NCBI RefSeq assembly: GCF_041248615.1
Contig: NZ_CP158426.1
Length of the DNA stretch: 64,000 nucleotides
From: Escherichia coli
GTDB taxonomy: Bacteria > Pseudomonadota > Gammaproteobacteria > Enterobacterales > Enterobacteriaceae
Strand: one strand, 5' to 3'
Made by a program: the position numbers and the translations under genes. The notes below the pieces were generated by a model, which was not told the origin of the DNA, did not search any database, and was given only the letters and a program-made list of their open reading frames with translations. How positions within the stretch are numbered: position 1 is the stretch's first letter; every line of letters begins with the position of its first letter. Positions 8,520 through 20,569 of the stretch are shown one piece after another.

Positions 8520-9229
8520 CAGCCCGCATTGTTGGCGGTACATTTCAGGGATGACTGCACCCAGCGAAAATTTTATACGCCGCTCGTTATACCATCTGAT
8601 GTAAGCATCCACATGCCGCATGAATTTTTCAGGCGTGATACCCAATCATTTACGCCCATAATATATTTCAGTTTTCAGTCTGCCGAAAAAGCCTTCGCAT
8701 GCAGCATTATCAGGCGAGCATCCTTTACGGGACATTGAGCGAATAAGGCCTGCTGTATTCACTCTTTCCAGCCAGGCCAGCGATAATGCCCACCTCTGTC
8801 ACTGTGTATCACCGGTCGTTCGCCAGCATTTAACGTTTCGACAGCGTTATCCAGCATAGTGTTGACCAGTTCAGCATCGGGGCGTGTACTGAGAGACCAG
8901 CTCACAACTTTTCTGTCGAAGCAGTCCACCACCGGTGATAGCCAGACTTTTCCTGCAGGAAGCTGGAACTCCGTGATATCTGTCAGCCATTTCTGATTAG
9001 GTTGCTCCGCCTTAAAATCTCTGGCGATAAGGTTATCCGGAGAAGGTCCGATTTCTCCGCAATATGAGCTGTAGCGGCGATGACGGTTACGGCTGACGAC
9101 AAGCTGTTCCTCCACCATAAGTCTGCGTACAACCTTTTCTGATAGCCGATCCCCCTCATGCCTGAGCATCGCATGCAGGCGACGATAGCCATAACACTGG
9201 TAATTACTGTTAAATATATCTGTCAGCAT
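8520..9229 (-). pseudogene. IS3-family transposase orfB (DDE), frameshifted
   Basis: ORF 8759..9229 has DDE-region motifs (WLTDITEF, HSDRGG); downstream out-of-frame segment encodes SMSRKGCSPDNAACEGFFGRLK. Confidence 0.75.
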
Positions 9230-9337
9230 CGTACGTATCGTGGCGTATTTATCACTGGCTTTCAGTGCAGCCCGGTGATAAAAATAACTGCTACGGGCAA
9301 GGCCCAGAACATGCAGTAATTCTGTCAGGGGATATGT

Positions 9338-10041
9338 TTATCTCAGGGCATCAGTAATCTTTGTTTTTTCTCTGTTGTTCAGGTGACTGATGCTGATGCC
9401 CGGGTCTTTTTTTATTATTTCCTCCGCTTTTTTCAGAATATCCAGTTCCATCTGCCGGCGGCGTATTTCCTGATTCAGTCGGGCGACTTCCTCCCGCAAC
9501 GCATCGCGTTCTGCCTCCAGGGAAGGGGCGTTATGTTTACGCATAGTCTGGTAAGCACTGTTGCCGATAATTTCATCTTTCCATTTATACAATACCGCGC
9601 GACTGACACCAATACGCCTGGCGATTTCACTGGCTGATCCTTGTCGTGTACAGAGTACCATGACAGCCTGACGTTTGACTTCTGGTTCAAAGGACGCAAC
9701 CGGATTGGTCTTACTGGTAAATACACGTCGTCTGTCGGGGGAACGTTCATTAACCCAGCGAGCGAGCATATCGGTACAGGGATAACCCAGAGTCCTGCTG
9801 GTAAACGCCAGGCAGCAGCCGTGGTTAAGATAATGTTCAACGGCAACCTGTTTTTGCTCATCGGAGTAACGGTGCTTATGACGAATGGATTCTTTTGATC
9901 CGCCACCTGCTTCCCATGAACGGATCCAACGCCGCAGATTTCTTTTCGAAGGGTAGCCCAGTTCGCGTACGACGGGGCCAGCTTCTTACCATATTTGAAA
10001 TAAAGCTCAATGGTGCGAATTTTTTGTTCTTCAGTAAACAT
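9338..10041 (-). pseudogene. IS3-family transposase orfA, frameshifted
   Basis: MFTEEQKIRTIELYFKYGKK at 10041 then a frame shift; ORF 9338..9769 carries the helix-turn-helix and coiled-coil tail. Confidence 0.6.
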
Positions 10042-10291
10042 GTTTCATCTCCTGAGAGTCCAGGAAATCGTCCGCATCCCCTAACGGTCAAAAATCGTGG
10101 CGTTGATACAGGGGAAATCCGTAGTTTTTGATGCCAGCCATAACGTGTTTGACTATAAAGTATTACGAAAGGACTTTAATGAGCCCCTGGAATAATTCAT
10201 TAAAGTAATTTACTTCGCTATCCTTTTCCCAGTTACTCACAAAGAAAAATATTCATAAAATAATTCCCGGGCTGGCAGCCCGGGATGATTA

Positions 10292-11554
10292 CTATTTTAA
10301 TGGATTGTTAATCTTTGCATATTCAAACGGGCTGATACATTGTTCTCTGTTCGCACCCAGAAAATCTGCCCACCACTGTAGCATCAGTCGACGTTCTTCC
10401 AGATGTTCTGCTTTATGGATATATGCAGCACGTACACCATTACGCTCCTGATGGCTCATCTGACGTTCCACAGCATCGCGGGACCACAAACCTGATTCAA
10501 TCAATGCACTGCACGCCATCGCCCGGAATCCATGACCACAGACTTCCTGGGTTGTGTCATATCCCATCACCCTCAGGGCTTTATTTACAGTATTTTCACT
10601 GATCGGTTTACGCGGGTCATGTGCTCCCGTAAAGATCAGACCATTTTCACCAGCCCATGTCTGTAGTTCTGTCAGTATGGCTACAGCCTGTTTGCTGAGT
10701 GGCACAAGATGTGGTGTTCGCATCTTGGAGCCCCGGTGTGAGTATTTTACGCCTGGCAGAGGTTCGCGTTCGGCTGGAATAGTCCACATGGCATTGTCAA
10801 TATCAATTTCAGACCAGCGGGAATATCTGAGTTCACTGGAACGAATAAAAACCAGTAAATTCAGCATAACTGCCAGTCGGGTGACAGGCTGACCTTTATA
10901 ACCGTCAATACGCGACAGAAGTTCAGGCAGGCGTGAAAGATCCAGAGCAGGGCGATGCTGGCGTTTTACCGTGGTCAATGCACCAGCCATATCCAGAGCC
11001 GGGTTATATCTGATGATGCCAGACTGTACGGCATAACGCATTACAGCAGATATTCTTTGCTGCAGACGACTGGCGATTTCATAAATTTGTTTTGCTTCTG
11101 CAGCACGAACAGGGATAAGCAGGTCCGGGGTATTGAGTGTTGTGATATCCCGGTTGCCGATAAAGGGGAAAACGTGTGTCTCGAGGCTTTTGATTACTTT
11201 ATCGCTGTGTGATTGTGCCCATTGTTTATTACTGGCATGCCAGCGTCGTGCAATATGTTCAAAAGAGAGTTGTAAATCAGGGACTACTTTTTTAGCTCTT
11301 TTTTGTTCGCAAGGGTCAATCCCCTCTGAAATCAGTTTTCGGGCCTCATCCCGTTTTGTACGAGCTTCGGAGAGAGAAACTTCTGGATATACACCAAGTG
11401 CCAGAGTCTTCTCCTTACCCAGAATACGATAACGGAGACGCCAGTAACGGGAACCATTAGGATGAACCAGCAGGAACATGCCAGCCCCGTCAGTGAGTTT
11501 ATAAGCCTTGTCAGTGTGCTTTGCAGCCCGGATTTTTGCGTCAGTCAGTGCCAT
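10292..11554 (-). CDS. P4-type tyrosine integrase (420 aa)
   Basis: MALTDAKIRAAKH... N-terminus and length typical of P4/CP4-57-like integrases; about 200 bp from the tRNA-Phe 3' end, same orientation. Confidence 0.9.
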   Translation of the reverse strand: MALTDAKIRAAKHTDKAYKLTDGAGMFLLVHPNGSRYWRLRYRILGKEKTLALGVYPEVSLSEARTKRDEARKLISEGIDPCEQKRAKKVVPDLQLSFEHIARRWHASNKQWAQSHSDKVIKSLETHVFPFIGNRDITTLNTPDLLIPVRAAEAKQIYEIASRLQQRISAVMRYAVQSGIIRYNPALDMAGALTTVKRQHRPALDLSRLPELLSRIDGYKGQPVTRLAVMLNLLVFIRSSELRYSRWSEIDIDNAMWTIPAEREPLPGVKYSHRGSKMRTPHLVPLSKQAVAILTELQTWAGENGLIFTGAHDPRKPISENTVNKALRVMGYDTTQEVCGHGFRAMACSALIESGLWSRDAVERQMSHQERNGVRAAYIHKAEHLEERRLMLQWWADFLGANREQCISPFEYAKINNPLK

Positions 11555-11751
11555 AGTTCAGCCTTCTGAATGCGTTAAAGAGGGTACAAATTCTGTCGAA
11601 CTGGGGTATACCCGCAATTATACCCACACAATGGGGTTGATGTGGGGGGAATCTGGTTGAGTTCGGTAGAATTGATTTGGAGGCAGAACGCTTAAATTGT
11701 GGCGTTCTGAAACGAAAAACGGACCTCCGTGGAGGTCCGTTGATATGAATT

Positions 11752-11827
11752 TGGTGCCCGGACTCGGAATCGAACCAAGGACACGGGGATTTTCAATCCC
11801 CTGCTCTACCGACTGAGCTATCCGGGC
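11752..11827 (-). tRNA. pheV: tRNA-Phe (anticodon GAA)
   Basis: Reverse complement reads GCCCGGATAGCTCAGTCGGTAGAGCAGGGGATTGAAAATCCCCGTGTCCTTGGTTCGATTCCGAGTCCGGGCACCA (76 nt); pheV assigned by yqgA-speC context. Confidence 0.95.
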
Positions 11828-11932
11828 AACGGGGCGCATTAAACCTGATTCGCCTCGTCTCGTCAATCAAATTTCTTCAATTTAGTGCAGACTGCACAAT
11901 CTATCATCACTTTGCCGCTATTGCACACATTG

Positions 11933-12640
11933 TCAGGCAAACCAGGCGGTCCAGGCGGCGGAAAGCGGCATTGCCAGAAGGAGTGCTGGAAGCATGTTGA
12001 CCACCGGGAACATTTTAATACCACAGATGCGTAATCCGGTTGCCAGCAGCAATAAACCGCCTACGGCGCTGAAGTCTGCCATCATCGACGGTGTGGTCAG
12101 CGGTAATATCAGCGCGGCAGCCCACGCCAGTGTTAACTGGATGATCAGTAATGGAATGCTAATCACCGACACCGCAATACCCAGCGAGCAGGCGAAGATC
12201 ATCGCCGTAAAGAAATCAAGAAATGACTTGGCGATTAAAATACTCGGATCGCCGGTCATCCCTTCGTTCATCGCCCCGAAGATTCCGGTGCCGCTGGCGC
12301 AAAACAGAACAATAATCGCGACAAAATTCTGAATAAAAGATTCATGCGCTGGCTTCTTACGCGAGTGGTGAAACAGATTATGCGCTTTGACGACCACTGT
12401 ATTGACGCCTTTTTCCAGCAGACAAATTTCGCCGATTAATGCTCCGAGTAAGGTTGCTAAAACCATCGCCGGAAGGTTGGCGCATTTCACCACCAGTAAA
12501 ATACCAATCCCCAGCGATGCCAGACCAAAAATTGATGTCATGGAGACGCGGATACGTTCCGGTAAGCGTTGGCTAAGGAGTGCGCCGAAAACGCCACCCA
12601 GTAAGACTGCACTTGCGTTGATAAAAGGGCCGATGACCAC
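11933..12640 (-). CDS. yqgA: DUF554-family inner membrane protein
   Basis: 235-aa hydrophobic ORF at the K-12 yqgA position. Confidence 0.85.
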   Translation of the reverse strand: MVIGPFINASAVLLGGVFGALLSQRLPERIRVSMTSIFGLASLGIGILLVVKCANLPAMVLATLLGALIGEICLLEKGVNTVVVKAHNLFHHSRKKPAHESFIQNFVAIIVLFCASGTGIFGAMNEGMTGDPSILIAKSFLDFFTAMIFACSLGIAVSVISIPLLIIQLTLAWAAALILPLTTPSMMADFSAVGGLLLLATGLRICGIKMFPVVNMLPALLLAMPLSAAWTAWFA

Positions 12641-13038
12641 AAGAGTTCCTGTTAGCTGTATTGTTTGATTTTCTTATTATGAACTTTTGGCGCCGTCGAT
12701 GGCTTGTTTGTTCGCAAAGTCCTGGCTTGCACGCTTTAGCGAAAGGTGCCATGATTGCGCGAATTTTCTCCTCTCTGTACGGAGTTTGCCCGATGCACGC
12801 CACCTCCTTACATTCTCTCGCTTATCGCCGTTTTGCGCGAAACTCTTCTCTTTTTATGCTACTGCTCATGCGGTGAAGTTAACGCACGCTCACTGCAGGA
12901 CAACAGTAAAATCAGAGCGTTTCTGCTTTTACTGATGTCTGGTGGTCGGAGCTGGTGACCAGTTTGACCCATATCTCATGGGGCAGGGTTTTCCACCTTG
13001 TCCGGTATTCTTACTTCCCCTAAACGGGTTTTGCGCTT

Positions 13039-15174
13039 ATGAAATCAATGAATATTGCCGCCAGTAGTGAACTGGTATCCCGACTTTCTACTCATCGCCG
13101 CGTGGTGGCGTTGGGAGATACTGATTTTACGGACGTCGCGGCAGTCGTCATTACCGCTGCGGATAGTCGCAGTGGCATTCTTGCGTTGCTTAAGCGCACC
13201 GGTTTTCATCTACCGGTGTTTTTGTATTCCGAACATGCTGTTGAATTACCTGCGGGCGTTACGGCGGTAATCAACGGCAACGAGCAGCAGTGGCTGGAGC
13301 TGGAATCCGCAGCCTGTCAGTATGAAGAGAATTTGCTGCCACCGTTTTATGACACGCTGACGCAGTACGTTGAGATGGGTAATAGCACCTTTGCTTGCCC
13401 TGGACATCAACATGGTGCGTTCTTTAAAAAGCATCCTGCCGGACGCCATTTTTACGATTTCTTTGGCGAGAACATCTTTCGCGCCGATATGTGTAACGCT
13501 GACGTAAAATTGGGCGATCTGCTTATTCATGAAGGATCGGCGAAAGATGCGCAGAAATTTGCAGCCAAAGTCTTTCATGCCGATAAAACCTATTTTGTGC
13601 TGAACGGCACATCGGCAGCGAATAAAGTGGTGACGAATGCGCTGTTAACGCGTGGCGATCTGGTGCTCTTCGACCGTAACAACCATAAGTCGAATCATCA
13701 TGGCGCGTTGATTCAGGCGGGGGCGACGCCGGTCTATCTGCAAGCTTCACGTAACCCGTTTGGTTTCATTGGCGGTATTGATGCGCACTGTTTTAATGAA
13801 GAGTATCTGCGCCAGCAAATTCGCGACGTTGCGCCAGAAAAAGCCGACCTGCCGCGCCCGTTTCGCCTGGCGATTATTCAGCTGGGAACCTATGACGGCA
13901 CTGTCTATAACGCCCGTCAGGTGATCGATACCGTTGGGCATCTGTGTGATTACATTCTGTTTGATTCCGCGTGGGTCGGTTACGAACAGTTTATCCCGAT
14001 GATGGCGGATAGCTCGCCGCTGCTGTTAGAACTTAACGAAAACGATCCGGGGATCTTTGTGACTCAGTCGGTGCACAAACAGCAGGCGGGATTCTCACAG
14101 ACGTCGCAGATCCATAAAAAAGATAACCATATCCGTGGACAGGCGCGTTTTTGCCCACATAAGCGGTTGAATAATGCCTTTATGCTCCATGCTTCTACCA
14201 GCCCGTTCTATCCGCTGTTCGCCGCCCTGGACGTTAACGCCAAAATTCATGAAGGGGAGAGTGGGCGTCGGCTGTGGGCTGAGTGCGTTGAGTTGGGTAT
14301 TGAGTCGCGCAAGGCTATTCTTACGCGCTGTAAGCTGTTCCGCCCGTTTATCCCGCCCGTTGTTGATGGCAAATTGTGGCAGGATTATCCGACGTCAGTG
14401 TTAGCCAGCGACCGCCGTTTTTTCAGTTTTGAGCCGGGGGCGAATTGGCACGGCTTTGAAGGATATGCCGCGGATCAGTATTTTGTTGATCCGTGCAAGC
14501 TGTTACTCACCACGCCGGGTATCGATGCCGAAACCGGCGAATATAGCGACTTTGGCGTTCCGGCGACGATTCTGGCGCACTACCTGCGTGAGAACGGCAT
14601 TGTGCCGGAGAAGTGCGATCTCAACTCCATTCTGTTCTTATTAACTCCGGCGGAAAGCCACGAGAAGCTGGCACAACTGGTGGCGATGCTGGCGCAGTTT
14701 GAACAGCATATTGAGGATGATTCGCCGCTGGCTGAGGTGTTGCCGAGCGTTTATAACAAATATCCGGTGCGCTATCGCGACTACACCCTGCGCCAGTTGT
14801 GTCAGGAGATGCACGATTTGTATGTCAGTTTCGACGTCAAAGACCTACAAAAAGCGATGTTCCGCCAGCAGAGTTTCCCGTCAGTGGTGATGAATCCCCA
14901 GGATGCGCATAGCGCTTATATTCGCGGTGAAGTGGAGTTGGTGCGGATTCGTGATGCCGAAGGGCGAATTGCGGCAGAAGGGGCGTTGCCTTATCCACCT
15001 GGCGTGCTTTGCGTGGTACCCGGGGAAGTCTGGGGTGGGGCGGTTCAACGTTATTTCCTTGCGCTGGAAGAAGGCGTGAATTTGTTGCCGGGATTTTCGC
15101 CGGAGTTGCAAGGTGTCTATAGCGAAACCGATGCGGATGGCATGAAACGGTTGTACGGTTATGTGTTGAAGTAA
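13039..15174 (+). CDS. speC: ornithine decarboxylase, constitutive
   Basis: 711-aa ORF MKSMNIAASSELVSRL...; length and sequence match remembered SpeC. Confidence 0.95.
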   Translation: MKSMNIAASSELVSRLSTHRRVVALGDTDFTDVAAVVITAADSRSGILALLKRTGFHLPVFLYSEHAVELPAGVTAVINGNEQQWLELESAACQYEENLLPPFYDTLTQYVEMGNSTFACPGHQHGAFFKKHPAGRHFYDFFGENIFRADMCNADVKLGDLLIHEGSAKDAQKFAAKVFHADKTYFVLNGTSAANKVVTNALLTRGDLVLFDRNNHKSNHHGALIQAGATPVYLQASRNPFGFIGGIDAHCFNEEYLRQQIRDVAPEKADLPRPFRLAIIQLGTYDGTVYNARQVIDTVGHLCDYILFDSAWVGYEQFIPMMADSSPLLLELNENDPGIFVTQSVHKQQAGFSQTSQIHKKDNHIRGQARFCPHKRLNNAFMLHASTSPFYPLFAALDVNAKIHEGESGRRLWAECVELGIESRKAILTRCKLFRPFIPPVVDGKLWQDYPTSVLASDRRFFSFEPGANWHGFEGYAADQYFVDPCKLLLTTPGIDAETGEYSDFGVPATILAHYLRENGIVPEKCDLNSILFLLTPAESHEKLAQLVAMLAQFEQHIEDDSPLAEVLPSVYNKYPVRYRDYTLRQLCQEMHDLYVSFDVKDLQKAMFRQQSFPSVVMNPQDAHSAYIRGEVELVRIRDAEGRIAAEGALPYPPGVLCVVPGEVWGGAVQRYFLALEEGVNLLPGFSPELQGVYSETDADGMKRLYGYVLK

Positions 15175-15184
15175 GAATAAAAAA

Positions 15185-15212
15185 ACGGGTCACCTTCTGG
15201 CGACCCGTTTTT
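15185..15212. terminator. bidirectional intrinsic terminator between speC and nupG
   Basis: ACGGGTC ... GACCCGT stem followed by TTTTT; A-run on the opposite side. Confidence 0.6.
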
Positions 15213-15222
15213 CTTTGCGTAA

Positions 15223-16479
15223 TTAGTGGCTAACCGTCTGTGTACCTGTCGGGACACGAACGTGTTTATATTTGAACATCGCCATGAACGCGAAGGCCAG
15301 AACCACGGAGTAACCTGCGAAAATCAGCCATACGGTCTGCCAGTCGGTAATGCCGTTTTGGGTGTACATCTCAACCACTTTACCGCTCACGATGCCGCCG
15401 AGGATACAGCCGAAGCCGTTGGTCATCATCAGGAACATCCCCTGCGCGCTGGCGCGAATTGCCGGGCTAACTTCTTTTTCGACAAACACCGAACCAGAGA
15501 TGTTGAAGAAGTCGAATGCGCAACCGTAAACGATCATCGACAGTACCAGCAGTACAGTACCGAACGGAGTCGGGTCGCCGTAAGCAAACAGAGCAAAACG
15601 CAGGATCCACGCCACAATACTGATCATCATTACGTTCTTAATACCGTAGCGGCTTAAGAAGAACGGGATGGTCAGAATGAACAGGGTTTCAGAGATCTGC
15701 GAAATCGACATGATGATTGACGCATGCTGCACGATGAAGCTGCTGGCAAACATCGGATCTTTGTCGAAGCTGTGCAGGAAGGTATTACCGAACATGTTGG
15801 TAATCTGCAGTTCCGCGCCCAGCAGCATTGAGAAGATGAAGAAGATTGCCATGCGCTTGTTTTTAAACAGAGCGAATGCATCGAGGCCCAGCAGGGTTGT
15901 CCAGCTCTGATTCGCTTGCTGTTTAGCAACCGGAATATGCGGCAGAGTCAGGGTAAACAGAACCAGAATGGCGGAAAGCGCTGCGCCAATATACAGCTGC
16001 ATGTGGCTTAATTCGAAGCCGGACAGGCTCACCACCCACATTGCCATGATAAAGCCGATGGTGCCCCAGATACGGATTGGCGGGAAGTCAGTAACGATAT
16101 CCATCCCGGCATTTTGCAGGCGATAGTAAGAGATGGTGTTGATTAACCCAAGCGTTGGCATATAAGCAAACGAGTTAATCAATATCACAAGGAACATCGC
16201 CTCCGGCGTAGTGACCTCTGCCGCCATGAACAGCGTGATAGCGCCAATGGTGTGGCAAATGGCATAGACCCATTTCGCACTTAACCATTTGTCGGCCACA
16301 ATCCCCAGCAGCGCAGGCATAAAGACCGCGGCGATACCCAGTGAGCTATAAACTGCGCCGATAGAAGCACCGTCAAACTTCAGGGTAACAAACATATAGG
16401 AGCCGAGGGTCGTCAGCCAACTTCCCCACAGACAGAACTGCAGAAAAGAGAGGATTTTCAGCTGCAGCTTAAGATTCAT
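15223..16479 (-). CDS. nupG: nucleoside:H+ symporter
   Basis: Start set at MNLKLQLKILSFLQF with GAGGA upstream (418 aa); the longer ORF start is unlikely. Confidence 0.95.
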   Translation of the reverse strand: MNLKLQLKILSFLQFCLWGSWLTTLGSYMFVTLKFDGASIGAVYSSLGIAAVFMPALLGIVADKWLSAKWVYAICHTIGAITLFMAAEVTTPEAMFLVILINSFAYMPTLGLINTISYYRLQNAGMDIVTDFPPIRIWGTIGFIMAMWVVSLSGFELSHMQLYIGAALSAILVLFTLTLPHIPVAKQQANQSWTTLLGLDAFALFKNKRMAIFFIFSMLLGAELQITNMFGNTFLHSFDKDPMFASSFIVQHASIIMSISQISETLFILTIPFFLSRYGIKNVMMISIVAWILRFALFAYGDPTPFGTVLLVLSMIVYGCAFDFFNISGSVFVEKEVSPAIRASAQGMFLMMTNGFGCILGGIVSGKVVEMYTQNGITDWQTVWLIFAGYSVVLAFAFMAMFKYKHVRVPTGTQTVSH

Positions 16480-16680
16480 GTTAATTTCCTCACATCGTGA
16501 TGCGGATGAGTGTTTGAAAAAGCACATTTGACCGTGCGAGATGATGCGATTCTATCAACTTCGCGGACTGGTTTTTTGTTACCTGTGGCAAATAATTGCA
16601 AACATTCCCAATTTGCAAAACGAAATTGTGATGTGGATAACATTTTTACCCCTGGGCATCGTCAGGGGCGGTTAGTGGAA

Positions 16681-17787
<1,107 letters not shown>

Positions 17788-17824
17788 TTATGCAAGTTGC
17801 CGGAGGCGTGCTCCGGCACTGTTT

Positions 17825-18103
<279 letters not shown>

Positions 18104-18127
18104 TCATCCTCTTTATCGACTCACGCG

Positions 18128-19180
18128 CTAAACCGGCGCGCCAGTGCGTAACTGCTGTAACAAACGCTCCACGGGAGCCGCCAGGCCAACTGACGGCGGT
18201 TGCGCTAAGTTATACCAGAGCGCATTGTCTTCATCCATGCAGCCGATGAATGACGACACGGGAAGCCACATAGGCACAATATCTAAGTGGAAATGGCTGA
18301 AGGTATGCCGAAACGCTGTCAGCTGTGTCAGGTTATCGGCAGCAATCTGCCGTTGCGCCAGCCACTGCCGCAAACTTTCTTCATCGGCAAACTGCGGGAA
18401 ACAGTATAAACCGCCCCACAATCCGCTCGGCGGACGCTGCGCCAGCAATACTTCATCTTCGTGCTGTAACAGCAAAAAGTAGCCGGTGCGCTCTGGCAGC
18501 GTCTGTTTCGGTTTTTTGCCCGGATAAAGCGACCAGCTATTGTTGGCGGCGGCAATACATCCGTTTTGTAGCGGACAGAGCGAGCATTTCGGCTTAGAGC
18601 GCGTACAAATCATCGCGCCCAAATCCATCATCGCCTGATTAAACCGCTCCACGCCGACCGCGGGCGTCACCTGCTCGCTCAAACTCCACAGTTTATTCTC
18701 GACCTCTTTTTTCCCAGGCCAGCCGCTTACAGCATAGCAGCGCGCCAGCACCCGTTTGACGTTACCGTCGAGAATCGGAAAGTGCTTACCTAGAGAAAGC
18801 GAGAGAATCGCGCCTGCGGTGGAACGCCCGACGCCCGGTAACGCCGCGACTTCTTCAAAGGTTTCCGGGAATTTACCGCCGTGTAAGGTCGCCACTTGTT
18901 GTGCCGCTTTATGCAGATTGCGCGCGCGGGCGTAATAGCCAAGCCCGGTCCACAAGTGGAGAACTTCGTCGAGCGGCGCATTGGCGAGATCGGTCACCGT
19001 TGGGAAGCGCGCCATAAAGCGTTCAAAATAGGGGATAACGGTCGCAACCTGAGTTTGTTGCAACATCACTTCTGAGAGCCATACTTTGTAGGGCGTCTTG
19101 TCAATTTGCCAGGGCAGCGTTTTCCGCCCGTATTTATCGTACCAGTCCAGAACCTGGGCTGAAAATTGCGACGCTTGCAT
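18128..19180 (-). CDS. mutY: adenine DNA glycosylase
   Basis: Start set at [25 protein letters not shown] (350 aa). Confidence 0.95.
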   Translation of the reverse strand: MQASQFSAQVLDWYDKYGRKTLPWQIDKTPYKVWLSEVMLQQTQVATVIPYFERFMARFPTVTDLANAPLDEVLHLWTGLGYYARARNLHKAAQQVATLHGGKFPETFEEVAALPGVGRSTAGAILSLSLGKHFPILDGNVKRVLARCYAVSGWPGKKEVENKLWSLSEQVTPAVGVERFNQAMMDLGAMICTRSKPKCSLCPLQNGCIAAANNSWSLYPGKKPKQTLPERTGYFLLLQHEDEVLLAQRPPSGLWGGLYCFPQFADEESLRQWLAQRQIAADNLTQLTAFRHTFSHFHLDIVPMWLPVSSFIGCMDEDNALWYNLAQPPSVGLAAPVERLLQQLRTGAPV

Positions 19181-19340
19181 GGTCACCGAATTCACTGTTG
19201 TTGGGGGCAAGATTGCAGCACAGCGACGGCAGGGTGTAAACCGGAACTTTCCGCAGCCACGGCCTTATCATGCTTGCATCCGGCAACTAACTTTGGATAA
19301 TGCCCGTTTTCAGAACACTTTCACAAGCGACTAAATCTTT

Positions 19341-20060
19341 ATGAAAAACGACGTCATCTCACCGGAATTTGATGAAAACGGCCGCCCGCTGCGCCGTATC
19401 CGTAGTTTTGTGCGCCGCCAGGGGCGACTGACCAAAGGCCAGGAACATGCGCTGGAAAACTACTGGCCGGTGATGGGCGTTGAGTTCAGCGAAGATATGC
19501 TGGATTTCCCTGCGCTTTTTGGCCGTGAAGCGCCGGTGACGCTTGAGATTGGTTTTGGCATGGGCGCGTCGCTGGTGGCAATGGCTAAAGATCGCCCCGA
19601 GCAGGACTTCCTCGGCATTGAAGTGCATTCACCGGGCGTTGGTGCGTGCCTGTCTTCTGCGCATGAAGAGGGCTTAAGCAACCTGCGCGTGATGTGTCAC
19701 GATGCGGTTGAAGTGCTGCATAAAATGATTCCTGACAATTCATTGCGCATGGTGCAGCTCTTTTTCCCTGACCCGTGGCACAAAGCGCGCCATAATAAAC
19801 GCCGTATCGTTCAGGTGCCGTTTGCCGAGCTGGTAAAAAGCAAACTGCAGCTGGGGGGCATATTCCATATGGCGACCGACTGGGAACCTTATGCGGAACA
19901 TATGCTTGAAGTGATGTCTTCTATTGACGGTTATAAAAACCTGTCAGAGAGCAATGATTACGTACCGCGTCCGGCATCACGTCCGGTGACGAAATTTGAA
20001 CAACGTGGTCATCGTCTTGGTCACGGAGTATGGGACTTAATGTTCGAGAGGGTGAAATAA
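19341..20060 (+). CDS. trmB: tRNA (guanine46-N7)-methyltransferase
   Basis: 239-aa [26 protein letters not shown]... Confidence 0.95.
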   Translation: MKNDVISPEFDENGRPLRRIRSFVRRQGRLTKGQEHALENYWPVMGVEFSEDMLDFPALFGREAPVTLEIGFGMGASLVAMAKDRPEQDFLGIEVHSPGVGACLSSAHEEGLSNLRVMCHDAVEVLHKMIPDNSLRMVQLFFPDPWHKARHNKRRIVQVPFAELVKSKLQLGGIFHMATDWEPYAEHMLEVMSSIDGYKNLSESNDYVPRPASRPVTKFEQRGHRLGHGVWDLMFERVK

Positions 20061-20386
20061 TGGCAAAGAACCGTAGCCGTCGTCTGCGTAAAAAAATGCA
20101 CATCGACGAATTCCAGGAATTAGGATTTTCGGTGGCATGGCGATTCCCGGAAGGTACATCGGAAGAACAGATTGATAAAACCGTTGATGACTTTATTAAC
20201 GAGGTTATCGAACCGAACAAACTGGCCTTTGACGGCAGCGGTTATCTGGCCTGGGAAGGTCTGATCTGCATGCAGGAAATCGGCAAATGCACCGAAGAAC
20301 ATCAGGCGATTGTGCGTAAGTGGCTGGAAGAACGCAAACTGGAAGAGGTACGCACCAGCGAACTTTTCGACGTTTGGTGGGACTAA
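20060..20386 (+). CDS. yggL: DUF469 protein
   Basis: Start at [18 protein letters not shown] (108 aa), overlapping the trmB stop (TAATG). Confidence 0.9.
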   Translation: MAKNRSRRLRKKMHIDEFQELGFSVAWRFPEGTSEEQIDKTVDDFINEVIEPNKLAFDGSGYLAWEGLICMQEIGKCTEEHQAIVRKWLEERKLEEVRTSELFDVWWD

Positions 20387-20418
20387 GAAAGCATACGGGC
20401 GATGACAAATGCAAAACT

Positions 20419-20500
20419 GCCTGATGTGCTACGCTTATCAGGCCTATAAAGATGCACGATCGAGTAGGCTGGATAAGGCGTTTACGCCGCATCCGGCATG
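20419..20500. repeat. REP/BIME palindromic repeats
   Basis: GCCTGATGTGCTACGCTTATCAGGCCTA and GGATAAGGCGTTTACGCCGCATCCGGCA units. Confidence 0.6.
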
Positions 20501-20569
20501 GAAAACGCGCACTTTGTTATCAATCTGGGGCCAGCAAATGCTGGCCTGATTTGTTCTTGAGGGAAGACT

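Larger units (their letters stand above)
8487..10084 (-). mobile_element. degenerate IS3-family element with imperfect terminal inverted repeats
   Basis: 8487-8513 (TAGGATTCGGACGATTTCCTGGACTGC) is the inverted complement of 10056-10084 (GAGTCCAGGAAATCGTCCGCATCCCCTAA) with few mismatches; contains frameshifted orfA and orfB. Confidence 0.65.

Noticed and set aside
9475-10041. 188-aa ORF read as a single protein
   Set aside because: Only the first ~20 residues look like IS3 OrfA; the rest is an out-of-frame read-through, so it is treated as part of a frameshifted pseudogene.
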